The translations under genes were made by a program, and so were the position numbers. Below, one piece after another: positions 6,793 to 16,381 of a stretch of 21,704 nucleotides of DNA (positions are counted from its first letter, which is position 1; each line of letters begins with the position of its first letter). Location: positions 1-21,704 of the IMG/VR virus record IMGVR_UViG_3300026762_000070; one strand, 5' to 3'. The notes under the pieces were generated by a model. That model worked only from the letters and a program-made list of their open reading frames with translations. It was not told the origin of the DNA and did not search any database. This stretch comes from a virus.

Positions 6793-8556
6793 ATGCAATT
6801 ACAAGAACAACAAGATAAGAACAGTGGAACTTTGTCGTCTTCTGTTGATGTTTCTACTATTGCAAGACGTTTGAAGGACGAGTTAGATAAATATGTTGTA
6901 GGAAATGAAGACGTCAAAACAGCTGTAATAACAGGACTCTTGACGGGGTTTCCTACCCTGCTCATAGGAGACCCAGGTACTGCAAAAACGTATACTATCG
7001 AGATCCTTTCGAAAATGATCGATGGGATTAAACCAGAAGAGCTTTTTATAGTACTCGCTCACGAGGCAATGACGCCAGAAGACATTTTTGGAAATACAAA
7101 CCTAAAAAAATTGAGAGAGGAAGGAGTACTAGAGTATATTACTGAAGGCTTCTTGCCATCTGCAAAACTCGTTTTCATAGACGAGATTTTCAAGAGCAAT
7201 AAAGTCCTTGCCGAATCGCTGTTCAGAGCGATCAACGAAAAGAAGTTTAGGAATGGAAGTAAAGAGATCTCGTTACCTTGGCTAGCGTTCTTTTCTGCGT
7301 CAAACGAAGTTAGAGTAAATACACAAGCGGACAGAGCGTTCCTCGATAGGTTCAAGATATTCGCTACAGTTCTTTCGCCTAACTTGGAAGACATACAAAA
7401 CCTCCGCTCAGTTGCAGAAAGGTATTATAAAGTTCTTACGGCAACTAAGCCTACTTCAATCCCAACTGTAACGAGTTATGACGAAGTTAAAAAAATACAG
7501 GATAAAATCCTTTCAGATTACACGAAGTACGTGAAGCAGGATATTGTACTCGAAGCAGTGAAGCAGGGTAACCTCATCCTAGGTGCGATAGCACAGGCTT
7601 TACAAAACCCAAGAGCGTTTAGCGATTCCGGAATCGTAAGGTCGTATTTCCGTTCGATGGGTGGGTATCTGACAATCAGCGAGAGAAAATTCAAAAGCAT
7701 AATGCAAGTCGCCAATGCACTACGCGAAATGTTCGGCAATTCAACAATTACACCAGTGCATACTGCGTTAGCGTTCTACCTTACAATTCCGTTCACACCA
7801 GAGCTGAAGAATATAATATCTCCTATAGTTTCGACATTGATCAAATCGTATTTCAACACAAGTGCATTTAATAATAATAATTCTTCTATTGATATTAATA
7901 GCTTGGTAGATAGTATTTCTCAAACAGTAAAGAATATCCTGGACGACAAAAACCTAAATAATTTGCTAAACAAAGCGTCTTCATACGCTGTAGACCTTAT
8001 TGGTAGAACATTCCCAGCGTCGACGCCTGAATTGGCAAAATATAGAGGAACTCTTCTTATGAAATTTTCCGATGTGGTGACGAGTAATAATGATAATACA
8101 CCACAAAAGCTGGCTAAATTCGCGGAAGCTGTAGGTATCCTGCACGACGTTGCAACAAAGTATGCCAATAATATTAAAATTAGGACTTTAGCACAGAAAC
8201 TGCTCCAAAATATTGTATCTACTGTCTTCGATAAGATAGATGTAGATCGTATGAACCATGATGCGATGACTGAGCTTGACAAAGTTTATGACAAGATAAA
8301 AGCTGAAATTGAAAGTAAATATAACGAACTAATGAAACTAGGAGAGAACGATGAGTACAGTAAACTGATCGCAGGGATACGAAAATTCTTTCCACAATTT
8401 TCGGACGCGTTGCCAGGAGCAGTAGTAGACCAGGAGCAAAAAGAAGAAATAATGAAGCGTCTTGATGAAGCTGTAGGTGAGGCGAGGACTACAATACTAG
8501 ATTATATAAACACATTAAGAAAAACTAAGAATGCACTTTCACAAATGACGAAGTGA
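6793..8556 (+). CDS. MoxR/RavA-family AAA+ ATPase (ATV p618-like), ~587 aa
   Basis: Walker A GDPGTAKT, TPEDIFG, EGFLPSAKLVFIDEIFKS (Walker B), AINEKKFRNG, ASNE sensor-1 and AFLDRF Arg finger all closely parallel RavA. Start moved to ATG 6793 on TATA spacing. Confidence 0.93.
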   Translation: MQLQEQQDKNSGTLSSSVDVSTIARRLKDELDKYVVGNEDVKTAVITGLLTGFPTLLIGDPGTAKTYTIEILSKMIDGIKPEELFIVLAHEAMTPEDIFGNTNLKKLREEGVLEYITEGFLPSAKLVFIDEIFKSNKVLAESLFRAINEKKFRNGSKEISLPWLAFFSASNEVRVNTQADRAFLDRFKIFATVLSPNLEDIQNLRSVAERYYKVLTATKPTSIPTVTSYDEVKKIQDKILSDYTKYVKQDIVLEAVKQGNLILGAIAQALQNPRAFSDSGIVRSYFRSMGGYLTISERKFKSIMQVANALREMFGNSTITPVHTALAFYLTIPFTPELKNIISPIVSTLIKSYFNTSAFNNNNSSIDINSLVDSISQTVKNILDDKNLNNLLNKASSYAVDLIGRTFPASTPELAKYRGTLLMKFSDVVTSNNDNTPQKLAKFAEAVGILHDVATKYANNIKIRTLAQKLLQNIVSTVFDKIDVDRMNHDAMTELDKVYDKIKAEIESKYNELMKLGENDEYSKLIAGIRKFFPQFSDALPGAVVDQEQKEEIMKRLDEAVGEARTTILDYINTLRKTKNALSQMTK

Positions 8557-8563
8557 GTGAATT

Positions 8564-10804
8564 ATGCAAAGCTTCTTTAATAATAATCAAGACAATGAGG
8601 AAGAAAGACTAGAAGAACTAACAAACACTATTTTTGAAACACTGGTAAGAGATCTTGAATCTAATGAGTTTCGTTATCTTCCAATTCCACCCTGGCTTAG
8701 GGCTAGTTTAAGAGACACTGTATATAAACTTGTCAAGATAGCATCACAACAAAACAAACTTCTTTTGCAATTCCCAGCAATACTAGCTTATTTTGTTTAT
8801 AATTTTTTGAAAAATATCGATTTAGATAGACTTAACTACATAAACGAAAAATTAGACGAACTTCAGCGTCTGATACAACGTAAAAACTTGCAAGGTTTAT
8901 CCTTCAATACTATCAAACAGATGTTGCAACAGGAATTACAGGAGAAAAAATTCAGACCCAGACAAAAAGAGCAGAAGCAAAGCGGAAATAAACAAGGCGA
9001 AAAGAAGCAAGGAGGAGAAGAAGGACAGGAAAGTGAAGAAGAAGGAAACGAAGGAGAACAGAGCAATTCCCAAGAAGGACAGGAATCAGAAGGTGGGAAT
9101 GAAGAGAGTCAAAACGAGGAAGAGAGTGGAGAACAAGGGCAAGAATTAGAAGGTGAAACAGGTAAAGAAGAAGGAGAACAAGGTGAAGAAGGTCAGGGAA
9201 GCGAAAAAGAAGGACAAAATAGTGAGGAACAAGAAGGACAAAGCGGTGAACAAGGAGAAGAACAGGGAAGCGAAAGCGGAGAAGAGAGTGGAGAACAACA
9301 AGAACAAGAATTAGGAGAAGAAGGGCAGGAAAGTGAAAACGAAGGAGAAAATGTGACTCAAGAGAGTGAAGGACAAGAAGGAGAGGAATCAGAATGGGAA
9401 AGTGAAAACGAAGGTCAAAGTGGTGAACAAGGACAAGAAAGCCAGGAGGGTACTGAGCAGGAACAAAGCGGAAATGAAGGACAAGAAGGAGAAGAGGGTC
9501 AAAGTGGAGAGGAACAAGGTGAAGGCGTAGAAGAAGGAGGAGAACAAGGAGGAGAGGAATCAGGAGAAGGAGAGGAAAGTGAGGGGAGCCAAAGTGGTGA
9601 AGAAGGAGAACAAGGAGAGGAATCAGAAGGTGAAGAGGGAGAAGAACAAAGTGGAGAAGAAGGCAACCAAGGTCAAAATGGCGAAGAGAGCCAAGGAGAA
9701 TTAGGAGAAAGCGAGCAGGAAAACGGTGAGGAACAAGGAGAAGAAGGTGAAGGAGGAGAAAGTGGTGAAGAAGGCGGTGAACAAGGAGGAGGAGAATCAG
9801 AAGGAGGATCACAGGGAGGAGAACAGCAAGGAGGAGAAGAAAGCGAAGAAGGTCAAAGTGGTGAACAAGGACAAGAATCAGAAGGTGGGGAAGGACAAGA
9901 AATCGAAGATATTACAGAAGACCTCGAAAATGACATTAATGAAGAATCAGAGATTTTAGATGAATTAGAAGAAAGCCTTCAAAAGTCGTTATCAGTGTTA
10001 TCTATTGGGGAAGGCTCAGGAGGAGGAGTATTAAAGGATGTCAATCCTAGAGTTTTGGAACTGCTAGATAGGGCTAACAGGATTATGGCTTTAGCTAACC
10101 AAGTTGATTTACAGTACGCTAACAGAGGCGTTAAAGATCAGGGTGGAGTAATGAAGGGGATAACGACTGGAAATAATGTCAAACATATGTTTAAGAGCCA
10201 ACTAATATTACCAGACGAGATTTTCCTCGAGCGGTACACTAACAGAGCCTTACTGCAAAGAGCGGTAGAAAATGAGGGCGTTGGGGACTTATATTTCATG
10301 ATAGACAAAAGCGGGTCTATGATAAGTGAAATGCCGAACGGGTACACAGCGTTGGAAAACGTTTCTGCAGTAGCCTTAGCTTCTGCTATGGAAGCGGAAA
10401 AGAATAATAAGAAGGTGTTTGTGCAATACTTCGATGATTCAGCAACCGAGCCTCTAGACGTTAACAACGTTTTCGAACTAGCTCAGATTGCACCTGGAGG
10501 AGGAACGGACATGATGGTGGCACTAAAACGTTTCATGGACTATTATAATAACTATCCAGGACTAAAGGACGTAAAACAGATCTTCATACTGTCTGATTTT
10601 GAGACGAATTATGATAAACAAACTCTCCAGGATTTCAAGAACTTTGCAAGAAATAACGACTTAGTAGTTACGTGTATACATGTATATAATGGCGAAGTGC
10701 CTGATGAAATGCAACACATAATAGACGAAATCTGCGACGAATATTACAAATTTAATAAGTACGATGCAAGTGAATTATTTTCAGCAGTGTATTCAAAGGT
10801 TTAA
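8564..10804 (+). CDS. VWA/MIDAS-domain protein with long acidic low-complexity insert (ATV p892-like MoxR partner), 746 aa
   Basis: MIDAS residues DKSGS, GGTD and LSDF in the C-terminal ~200 aa; directly downstream of the MoxR gene; central E/G/Q/S tract. Confidence 0.9.
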   Translation: MQSFFNNNQDNEEERLEELTNTIFETLVRDLESNEFRYLPIPPWLRASLRDTVYKLVKIASQQNKLLLQFPAILAYFVYNFLKNIDLDRLNYINEKLDELQRLIQRKNLQGLSFNTIKQMLQQELQEKKFRPRQKEQKQSGNKQGEKKQGGEEGQESEEEGNEGEQSNSQEGQESEGGNEESQNEEESGEQGQELEGETGKEEGEQGEEGQGSEKEGQNSEEQEGQSGEQGEEQGSESGEESGEQQEQELGEEGQESENEGENVTQESEGQEGEESEWESENEGQSGEQGQESQEGTEQEQSGNEGQEGEEGQSGEEQGEGVEEGGEQGGEESGEGEESEGSQSGEEGEQGEESEGEEGEEQSGEEGNQGQNGEESQGELGESEQENGEEQGEEGEGGESGEEGGEQGGGESEGGSQGGEQQGGEESEEGQSGEQGQESEGGEGQEIEDITEDLENDINEESEILDELEESLQKSLSVLSIGEGSGGGVLKDVNPRVLELLDRANRIMALANQVDLQYANRGVKDQGGVMKGITTGNNVKHMFKSQLILPDEIFLERYTNRALLQRAVENEGVGDLYFMIDKSGSMISEMPNGYTALENVSAVALASAMEAEKNNKKVFVQYFDDSATEPLDVNNVFELAQIAPGGGTDMMVALKRFMDYYNNYPGLKDVKQIFILSDFETNYDKQTLQDFKNFARNNDLVVTCIHVYNGEVPDEMQHIIDEICDEYYKFNKYDASELFSAVYSKV
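8966..9900 (+). repeat. Purine-rich low-complexity repeat region encoding a Glu/Gly/Gln/Ser tract
   Basis: Degenerate EGQSGEQG-type units; one exact 30-bp repeat at 9410-9439 and 9848-9877. Boundaries approximate. Confidence 0.85.
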
Positions 10805-10862
10805 GCTCTCTTTTTCTACACTGATATAGCTCTTTTTATAAGTTATAACCCAAGTTAAAATT

Positions 10863-11222
10863 ATGAAATATTATGTAGTTAATACGAGGGTGTATTTACC
10901 AGAGCCTGTAGCAGAATATTTTGCAAACTGCTTTTCACTGAAATTGCCGAACAAGTATTATGAGGTTAGTAATGTAATAACATTCAAAGATGAGGAGAAC
11001 AAGGTAAGCATCAACGTGCCAGCAGACCAAGTTGGGAGCGTTACAGACGCATTACTGGCGTCTGCGTTAGATTTTTATATAGCACTAGCCGTTTGCACCG
11101 ACGATAATATTTTACTATATCGTATGATTAGAAAGGCTAGAGCGAAAGTGAAGGAAATGCTAAAAATAGATAATATAAACCTCGACCCCGAGTTCCCAAT
11201 TTGTCTGAAAGGTGGTAAATAA
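10863..11222 (+). CDS. Hypothetical protein, 119 aa
   Basis: TTTTTATA at 10833-10840, 23 nt upstream; TAATG overlap with the next gene. Confidence 0.8.
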   Translation: MKYYVVNTRVYLPEPVAEYFANCFSLKLPNKYYEVSNVITFKDEENKVSINVPADQVGSVTDALLASALDFYIALAVCTDDNILLYRMIRKARAKVKEMLKIDNINLDPEFPICLKGGK

Positions 11223-11659
11223 TGCCAACTGAACTCACGCCTGCAGACGTGATTTCGTTAATATCTGAAGCCCTAGGAGAAAAAGATGAGGAGGGCGAAC
11301 CAGAGACCTTGCTGAAATTATTACTACGCGACGATTTGCCTAAACAAACTAGGCTAATTATCCTCAACTGTATCGTGAAAAACTGCGGGTTGCAGAAAAG
11401 TTTGTCCGTCCTAGACCCATTCGTCCCACTAGACGAAATAGAATCATTAGAGACGCTAAAGATCGATGGGACGAAAGTACTTGCATGCATTAATTACACA
11501 AAAGTTAGGGACTGTTACCTGATAATTTTAGCGAATAGGCAGTTTCACATCAAAAGAGTAACTAATCCTAACGAACTATTACAGAAGATGAAGCAAGGAG
11601 GAGGAAAGAAACAAAACAAGGATCTTATTTTAAGTAAGCTCAGCGGTGAGGATATATGA
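11222..11659 (+). CDS. Hypothetical protein, 145 aa
   Basis: GGTGG SD-like site; overlaps both neighbours. Confidence 0.8.
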   Translation: MPTELTPADVISLISEALGEKDEEGEPETLLKLLLRDDLPKQTRLIILNCIVKNCGLQKSLSVLDPFVPLDEIESLETLKIDGTKVLACINYTKVRDCYLIILANRQFHIKRVTNPNELLQKMKQGGGKKQNKDLILSKLSGEDI

Positions 11660-13170
11660 TATGCGAAGTCGTTGCCAGTTCGTTCAAGCCAAGAGACGGT
11701 GACGTGGTGAACGCTGACATAACAAACATACGTTTTGCATACCCACCAGGCTGTATCTTCTCCTCTCAGTACACGCAATTCATCCACGTAGATTACCCCT
11801 TGCCGAAGATAAGCCGTCTAAAATTCAAGAGAGAGAATGGGGAAGAAGTGAAGGACGACAATTACGTAGTAATAGATATGGGAGAGGACTTTTTGGTTTT
11901 ACCAATAGAAGTATGGAATAAGCTGAAGGAGCTTATATCCACGTACTTGAGTGAAGGGACTTTGCACGGAGGTATACTATTGTACGGAGTCCCTGGTACC
12001 GGTAAATCGTTCATTGCAACAAAACTGCTTACAAGGATTCTTGGTTTGAAAGCAATCGTTAAGCAACCTACTGATTTCCTGACGAAATACGTGGGCGAAC
12101 CTTACCAATTGCTAAACGATTTCATAAACAAACAGCTGTTTTCAGACAAACCTTCCATCATAGTGTTTGACGAGGGAGAAAGGTTTCTGTTGAAGAGAGG
12201 TGGAGGGAGTGGCGAAGCTGAAAAATTGGTAGAGGACAACATGAAGAATATATTATTAGAAAAATTGCAGGAATTTGCGGATTCGCAATATCCTTCGATT
12301 CTCGCATTAACCACAAACGCTTCAATAAACGATATGGACGACGCAATGCTGAGGAGGTTTCCGTGGAAAGTTTATTTCCCTCCTTATTCGCACACCGTTT
12401 ACGAGTATATAGCAAGGAGAATAACTACACAAAGGACTTTCAAAATTGAGGATAAGGAATACGATGTACAGAAATTATCGTTTTATGCATCTGCTACCGG
12501 CATTTCTGTAGCTGAGTTCAGGACTATAATACAGACTGGGACTATCTCTTTCCTCAGGTCAAAAAGTAACTTCCCTAGGAGACTCGTACCATTCGAATTA
12601 CAAGATAAGGAAAGTATTTTAGATATAACGAAATTGCCCCAACTCAGGCGTTTTGATATCAAAAATAAGAACGTAAAAATGTTATGCGAAGGGGCATTAT
12701 ATACCATGACTGCAGTAGTAGCAAGCTATTTTCTTACAATCGAGAATAGACCAGTTTACCTTATAGATTTACAAGAGTCCACTTCGCTCAGGTACGGAAG
12801 TGACGATATCATAACATTACTCAAGCAGGAAAACAAACCCGTCGGTATAATTCACATGCATTCCAACCTCAACATCAACAAACAGCTGTTAATAGAGCGT
12901 CTACTCGAAGAGGATAACGTTAGTTTTGTGGTGATAACAAGTTTTGATAGTTCATCATTACAAGTACAAACATTGAAGCTTCTACCTAGGGTTGACATAA
13001 CGCAATTACCTGCAACTGACACAGACATTTTGAAAAAAATAATATACACGGTAGACACATTTTACGGACTTAAGTTGGACATGCAAAAAACTATGAACGA
13101 ACTGTACAAAGAGATGGATTTTAGAAAAGCTATGGACGTGCTGGAGAAAATGATTGTCATGGCAATCTAA
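11656..13170 (+). CDS. Classical-clade (CDC48/Vps4-like) AAA ATPase, probably ATV p529-like, 504 aa
   Basis: Walker A GVPGTGKS, pore loop KYVGE, Walker B IIVFDEGE, second region of homology TTN...MDDAMLRRF; GGTGAGG SD-like site with ATGA overlap. Confidence 0.9.
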   Translation: MICEVVASSFKPRDGDVVNADITNIRFAYPPGCIFSSQYTQFIHVDYPLPKISRLKFKRENGEEVKDDNYVVIDMGEDFLVLPIEVWNKLKELISTYLSEGTLHGGILLYGVPGTGKSFIATKLLTRILGLKAIVKQPTDFLTKYVGEPYQLLNDFINKQLFSDKPSIIVFDEGERFLLKRGGGSGEAEKLVEDNMKNILLEKLQEFADSQYPSILALTTNASINDMDDAMLRRFPWKVYFPPYSHTVYEYIARRITTQRTFKIEDKEYDVQKLSFYASATGISVAEFRTIIQTGTISFLRSKSNFPRRLVPFELQDKESILDITKLPQLRRFDIKNKNVKMLCEGALYTMTAVVASYFLTIENRPVYLIDLQESTSLRYGSDDIITLLKQENKPVGIIHMHSNLNINKQLLIERLLEEDNVSFVVITSFDSSSLQVQTLKLLPRVDITQLPATDTDILKKIIYTVDTFYGLKLDMQKTMNELYKEMDFRKAMDVLEKMIVMAI

Positions 13171-13227
13171 GCGACTCAATAAGCACTTTCTCCTTTTTTA
13201 TTAACCCTTATTCGTCTATTTTTTCTC

Positions 13228-13422
13228 ATGAACAAGTATTTTGCACTCGGAATACTATTCTTCTCTATTTATAACGTTATTTTCTTCCTATTCTTTTTCC
13301 ACGTCTTGTCATTTTGCAAAGAAGGCATAATTGCTACTGGTATATTAGGTGGAATAGGTGCCTCTTCGGCTATAGCTGGTTTAGCTTTTCTAATGCTAGG
13401 GCTAGGCACTTCTGACAACTAA
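13228..13422 (+). CDS. Small two-TM hydrophobic protein, 64 aa
   Basis: TTTATTAA box ending 24 nt upstream; two hydrophobic helices, the second Gly-rich. Confidence 0.65.
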   Translation: MNKYFALGILFFSIYNVIFFLFFFHVLSFCKEGIIATGILGGIGASSAIAGLAFLMLGLGTSDN

Positions 13423-13433
13423 TGACATAACTT

Positions 13434-13451
13434 TTTAAACAGCTGTTTGAG
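13434..13451. promoter_or_regulatory. Palindromic site 4 (TTTAAACAGCTGTTTGAG) overlapping the TATA box of the 13463 gene
   Basis: Core AAACAGCTGTTT at 13437-13448; TATA TTTTTAAA at 13432-13439. Confidence 0.78.
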
Positions 13452-13462
13452 AGAGATATAAT

Positions 13463-13945
13463 ATGAGTGAAAATAGCAACAGCAATAAGAAGCTCCCCTC
13501 ATTCGAGACGTATGCAGAAGCGATAATGAGAATACTAAACTTAATAAATGTAATTGACCAACTTTCGCAATATTACAACCTAAACCAAATCTCTACACAG
13601 TACCTTAACGAGCCATTTACGCCCATTTCACCTAAAACAGTTGCAAATTATTTTGGAGTTCAGTACAACAAAATACCAAACCTAGTTCAGCAAACTCAGT
13701 ATAATCCTGTGGTATTGGTGACTAAGGCAAACCAAATTGCAGAACAAATTGCACAGCAACCAGATGTATTAAATTCTCTGGCGTCCATGTATGGCGTCGC
13801 ACCAGGGATAATAAAATCGTTACAGGTATATCTACAGCTGGCACAAGTTTTGCCAAAAATAGTTATTAACCAGTCCGTTCAAGTCACCACTAATCAACAA
13901 AATCAACAATATACTGCGTCACCTAACGTGTTAGAAAACTACTGA
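13463..13945 (+). CDS. Hypothetical Gln/Asn-rich helical protein, 160 aa
   Basis: TATA 24 nt upstream; clean ORF. Confidence 0.8.
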   Translation: MSENSNSNKKLPSFETYAEAIMRILNLINVIDQLSQYYNLNQISTQYLNEPFTPISPKTVANYFGVQYNKIPNLVQQTQYNPVVLVTKANQIAEQIAQQPDVLNSLASMYGVAPGIIKSLQVYLQLAQVLPKIVINQSVQVTTNQQNQQYTASPNVLENY

Positions 13946-14001
13946 ACTACCAGTCCTCACGGCTGACTTCCGTCCCCTTAACCACCCAGAAATTTAAATC
14001 T

Positions 14002-14019
14002 GCAAAACATATGTTTTAA
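14002..14019. promoter_or_regulatory. Palindromic site 5 (AAAACATATGTTTT) between the TATA and the start of the 759-aa gene
   Basis: 14-bp perfect palindrome at 14004-14017; AATTTAAA at 13991-13998. Confidence 0.75.
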
Positions 14020-14025
14020 TGATGT

Positions 14026-16305
14026 ATGATGAGAGTTATCAGAAGAAAGACCATATTTCTAATCCTGCTATATTTAGTTTTCTTTATCTTACCGTTTTTC
14101 CTGTTAACAACAACAAAAGCTAGTCTTATCCAGGAAGAAGTACCTATATCAGTTAACGTAAACGCAAACATTTCACAAGGGCTAATTTACATTGCTCCAC
14201 TCCCGCAACAAACCCAAGTGTTCGGTCAAAATTACTACGTATCGAACTCCCTGGGTTATTATGAATATTCATATTTGTTCTCAGAAACACCACCGTTGCT
14301 TGTGTGGTACGAGCCATCTCCTTCATCGCAAACTTATTATTTCGTTTATGGAGGAAACACTCAAGCTAGTGCCGTGACGACGGGTGTGTTTAGTTTTTAC
14401 ACTCAGTTCTATTATCTCAACACATCTATCTTCAATGTATCAGACGTTTCACTGCTTGGTGGGTCATTGATACTAAACGGGCAAAATAGCCTTGTAACTT
14501 TTACAACGACGGCGTTGCGTTATACATCTGCAGTTATACTTTACAACTTTCAATCTCCAGCTGTTGTAACGCTACATGAATTGACATATGCTGGCTCAAT
14601 TCCTCCAGGTAGCATAGTTACGCTAAGCCTTTTCACATATTCCGACTTACAGACAATTCCTTCGTATACAGCGTTTCCTTTCGGGTCTACGACCTGGGTT
14701 ATAGCTTCCGACGATTACGTTAAAAGTTCGCAATTCACAATTTCAAATTCACAATTTATATACAACGCCCAGGTAGCAGGCACGCCGAACGAAGAAGTTA
14801 CCCAAGTCGCTTTGCCAAAATCATCTATATACGGATTGGTGTTTGGGTCGTCAATGCTTTTACAGTACCCTTCTACTAAATATTTAGCACCGCAAACTGT
14901 AGCCCCACCATCCATTACGTTTAACGGTACTTTTGCGGTATCTCAAAGTGCATTATTCAGTACTAATTCAGTACTGTTAGAAAACCCAGTATACTTCTTT
15001 GACCCAACATTACTTAACGGTTCTAATATCCTGGTGTATAACGATAGCAAATGGTACTCCTTACCAGTGCAAGCCAGCAATCTGAGACTCGACCAAAACC
15101 ATATTGTCATGTATATTTTACCTTATAACTCGTCTTCCAATTGCATTTTCTTCGAAGATATACCAGTAGGTAGTGTGATTTCAGTTAAGTATGCAAACGG
15201 CACTACATATTCTGTTACTGCGAGCGGAAAGACGGTAAACACGGTAGGAGGCGTGAGTTTAGTTGATCTGAAAGTTTACGGACGGAATGTGGTAGGGATA
15301 TCGATCAAGCCATCGTTAGTGAACACACAAATCAATTACAATATGCTGGTTGGGTTTTCTGACTTTCTACACAAAGCTGGGCTGATAGTAAATACGACAG
15401 GGGTATACGTGTACAACTCTCAAACAGCTGTTACAAAGCTGGTAAATAATCCGCAATTTCCAGCTGATGTTGGAGTTGGCTATGCGGACATAGGCAATAC
15501 ATTCTATCTCATAGGTTTTTATTATTCCTCAGGGTCTTTTTACACGTTCATAACACCTATGCCAAACCCAGTCGCGTCAACTGGTATAGTTCCTTATATT
15601 AATTATAATGGCACAATACCGCTATCTGTATCAAGTATCGGTATAACACTGTCTTCCGGTCTATATTATGAAGTTACAGGTATCATATCAATTGCAACAG
15701 GTTCGCCTACACCATTACAGTCTTCCGTGCTTAGTTTGACGACAGCCCCGGGAGACGCAATAGTCAATAACAATAATGCAATCTACCAAACTAAGCTATC
15801 AAATTCGTCGTCGTCTCTTACACTAATAGGCTTCACTGGGTATAACCTTGTTGTTCAGTACGGGAGCATAGAATCACAACTTATCATATCCAGTAACTAT
15901 TACCCAACAAACTTGCCAACAAACTTACAAGTAGTTGTTACAGTATCGGAATCCACTAGGACGATAACAATTTCCACATCACCGCTACCAGTCAAACCAG
16001 TCCAGGTCGCATCATTGAATATTACTAATGCAACCACTGTTGTAAAATATAACGGCAATAGCGGAGCTTCATTTATAACTAATATACATTCAGTAAATAA
16101 CCAACTAATAGGAATTATAACATACTATGGATTTCTAGCAATAGCCGTAGCATCTTATCGTTATTCTTCTCAACTGTGGTCTTCAACATTGTTTCTTAGT
16201 TTCGCTACACTCTCTATGGGTCTGCTCTTTGCTAACTATATAGTACTACCCTTCAGTATCGGTGCCGTAATATTAGGCTTCATATTCAAAAGGCTAAACC
16301 TCTGA
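14026..16305 (+). CDS. Large membrane (glyco)protein: N-terminal signal/TM, beta-rich ectodomain, ~3 C-terminal TMs; probable virion or adsorption protein, 759 aa
   Basis: Basic-then-hydrophobic N-terminus; S/T/Y/V/N-rich body with 13 N-x-S/T sequons counted by eye; hydrophobic C-terminus. Virion role is inferred. Confidence 0.8.
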   Translation: MMRVIRRKTIFLILLYLVFFILPFFLLTTTKASLIQEEVPISVNVNANISQGLIYIAPLPQQTQVFGQNYYVSNSLGYYEYSYLFSETPPLLVWYEPSPSSQTYYFVYGGNTQASAVTTGVFSFYTQFYYLNTSIFNVSDVSLLGGSLILNGQNSLVTFTTTALRYTSAVILYNFQSPAVVTLHELTYAGSIPPGSIVTLSLFTYSDLQTIPSYTAFPFGSTTWVIASDDYVKSSQFTISNSQFIYNAQVAGTPNEEVTQVALPKSSIYGLVFGSSMLLQYPSTKYLAPQTVAPPSITFNGTFAVSQSALFSTNSVLLENPVYFFDPTLLNGSNILVYNDSKWYSLPVQASNLRLDQNHIVMYILPYNSSSNCIFFEDIPVGSVISVKYANGTTYSVTASGKTVNTVGGVSLVDLKVYGRNVVGISIKPSLVNTQINYNMLVGFSDFLHKAGLIVNTTGVYVYNSQTAVTKLVNNPQFPADVGVGYADIGNTFYLIGFYYSSGSFYTFITPMPNPVASTGIVPYINYNGTIPLSVSSIGITLSSGLYYEVTGIISIATGSPTPLQSSVLSLTTAPGDAIVNNNNAIYQTKLSNSSSSLTLIGFTGYNLVVQYGSIESQLIISSNYYPTNLPTNLQVVVTVSESTRTITISTSPLPVKPVQVASLNITNATTVVKYNGNSGASFITNIHSVNNQLIGIITYYGFLAIAVASYRYSSQLWSSTLFLSFATLSMGLLFANYIVLPFSIGAVILGFIFKRLNL

Positions 16306-16363
16306 CGGGTGGTCTGACAACCACCCAAGCAACCACCCAAGAGGAGAAAAAACTTATATTCAT

Positions 16364-16381
16364 CTCAAACATATGTTTTAG
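16364..16381. promoter_or_regulatory. Palindromic site 6 (CTCAAACATATGTTTTAG) between the TATA and the start of the 507-aa gene
   Basis: Core AAACATATGTTT at 16367-16378; CTTATATT at 16353-16360 preceded by a purine-rich BRE-like run. Confidence 0.78.

Noticed and set aside
8952-9812. 286-aa Leu/His/Phe-rich ORF antisense to the VWA gene
   Set aside because: Shadow of the purine-rich Glu/Gly tract: the pyrimidine-rich reverse strand lacks stop codons by composition. No promoter or SD-like site.
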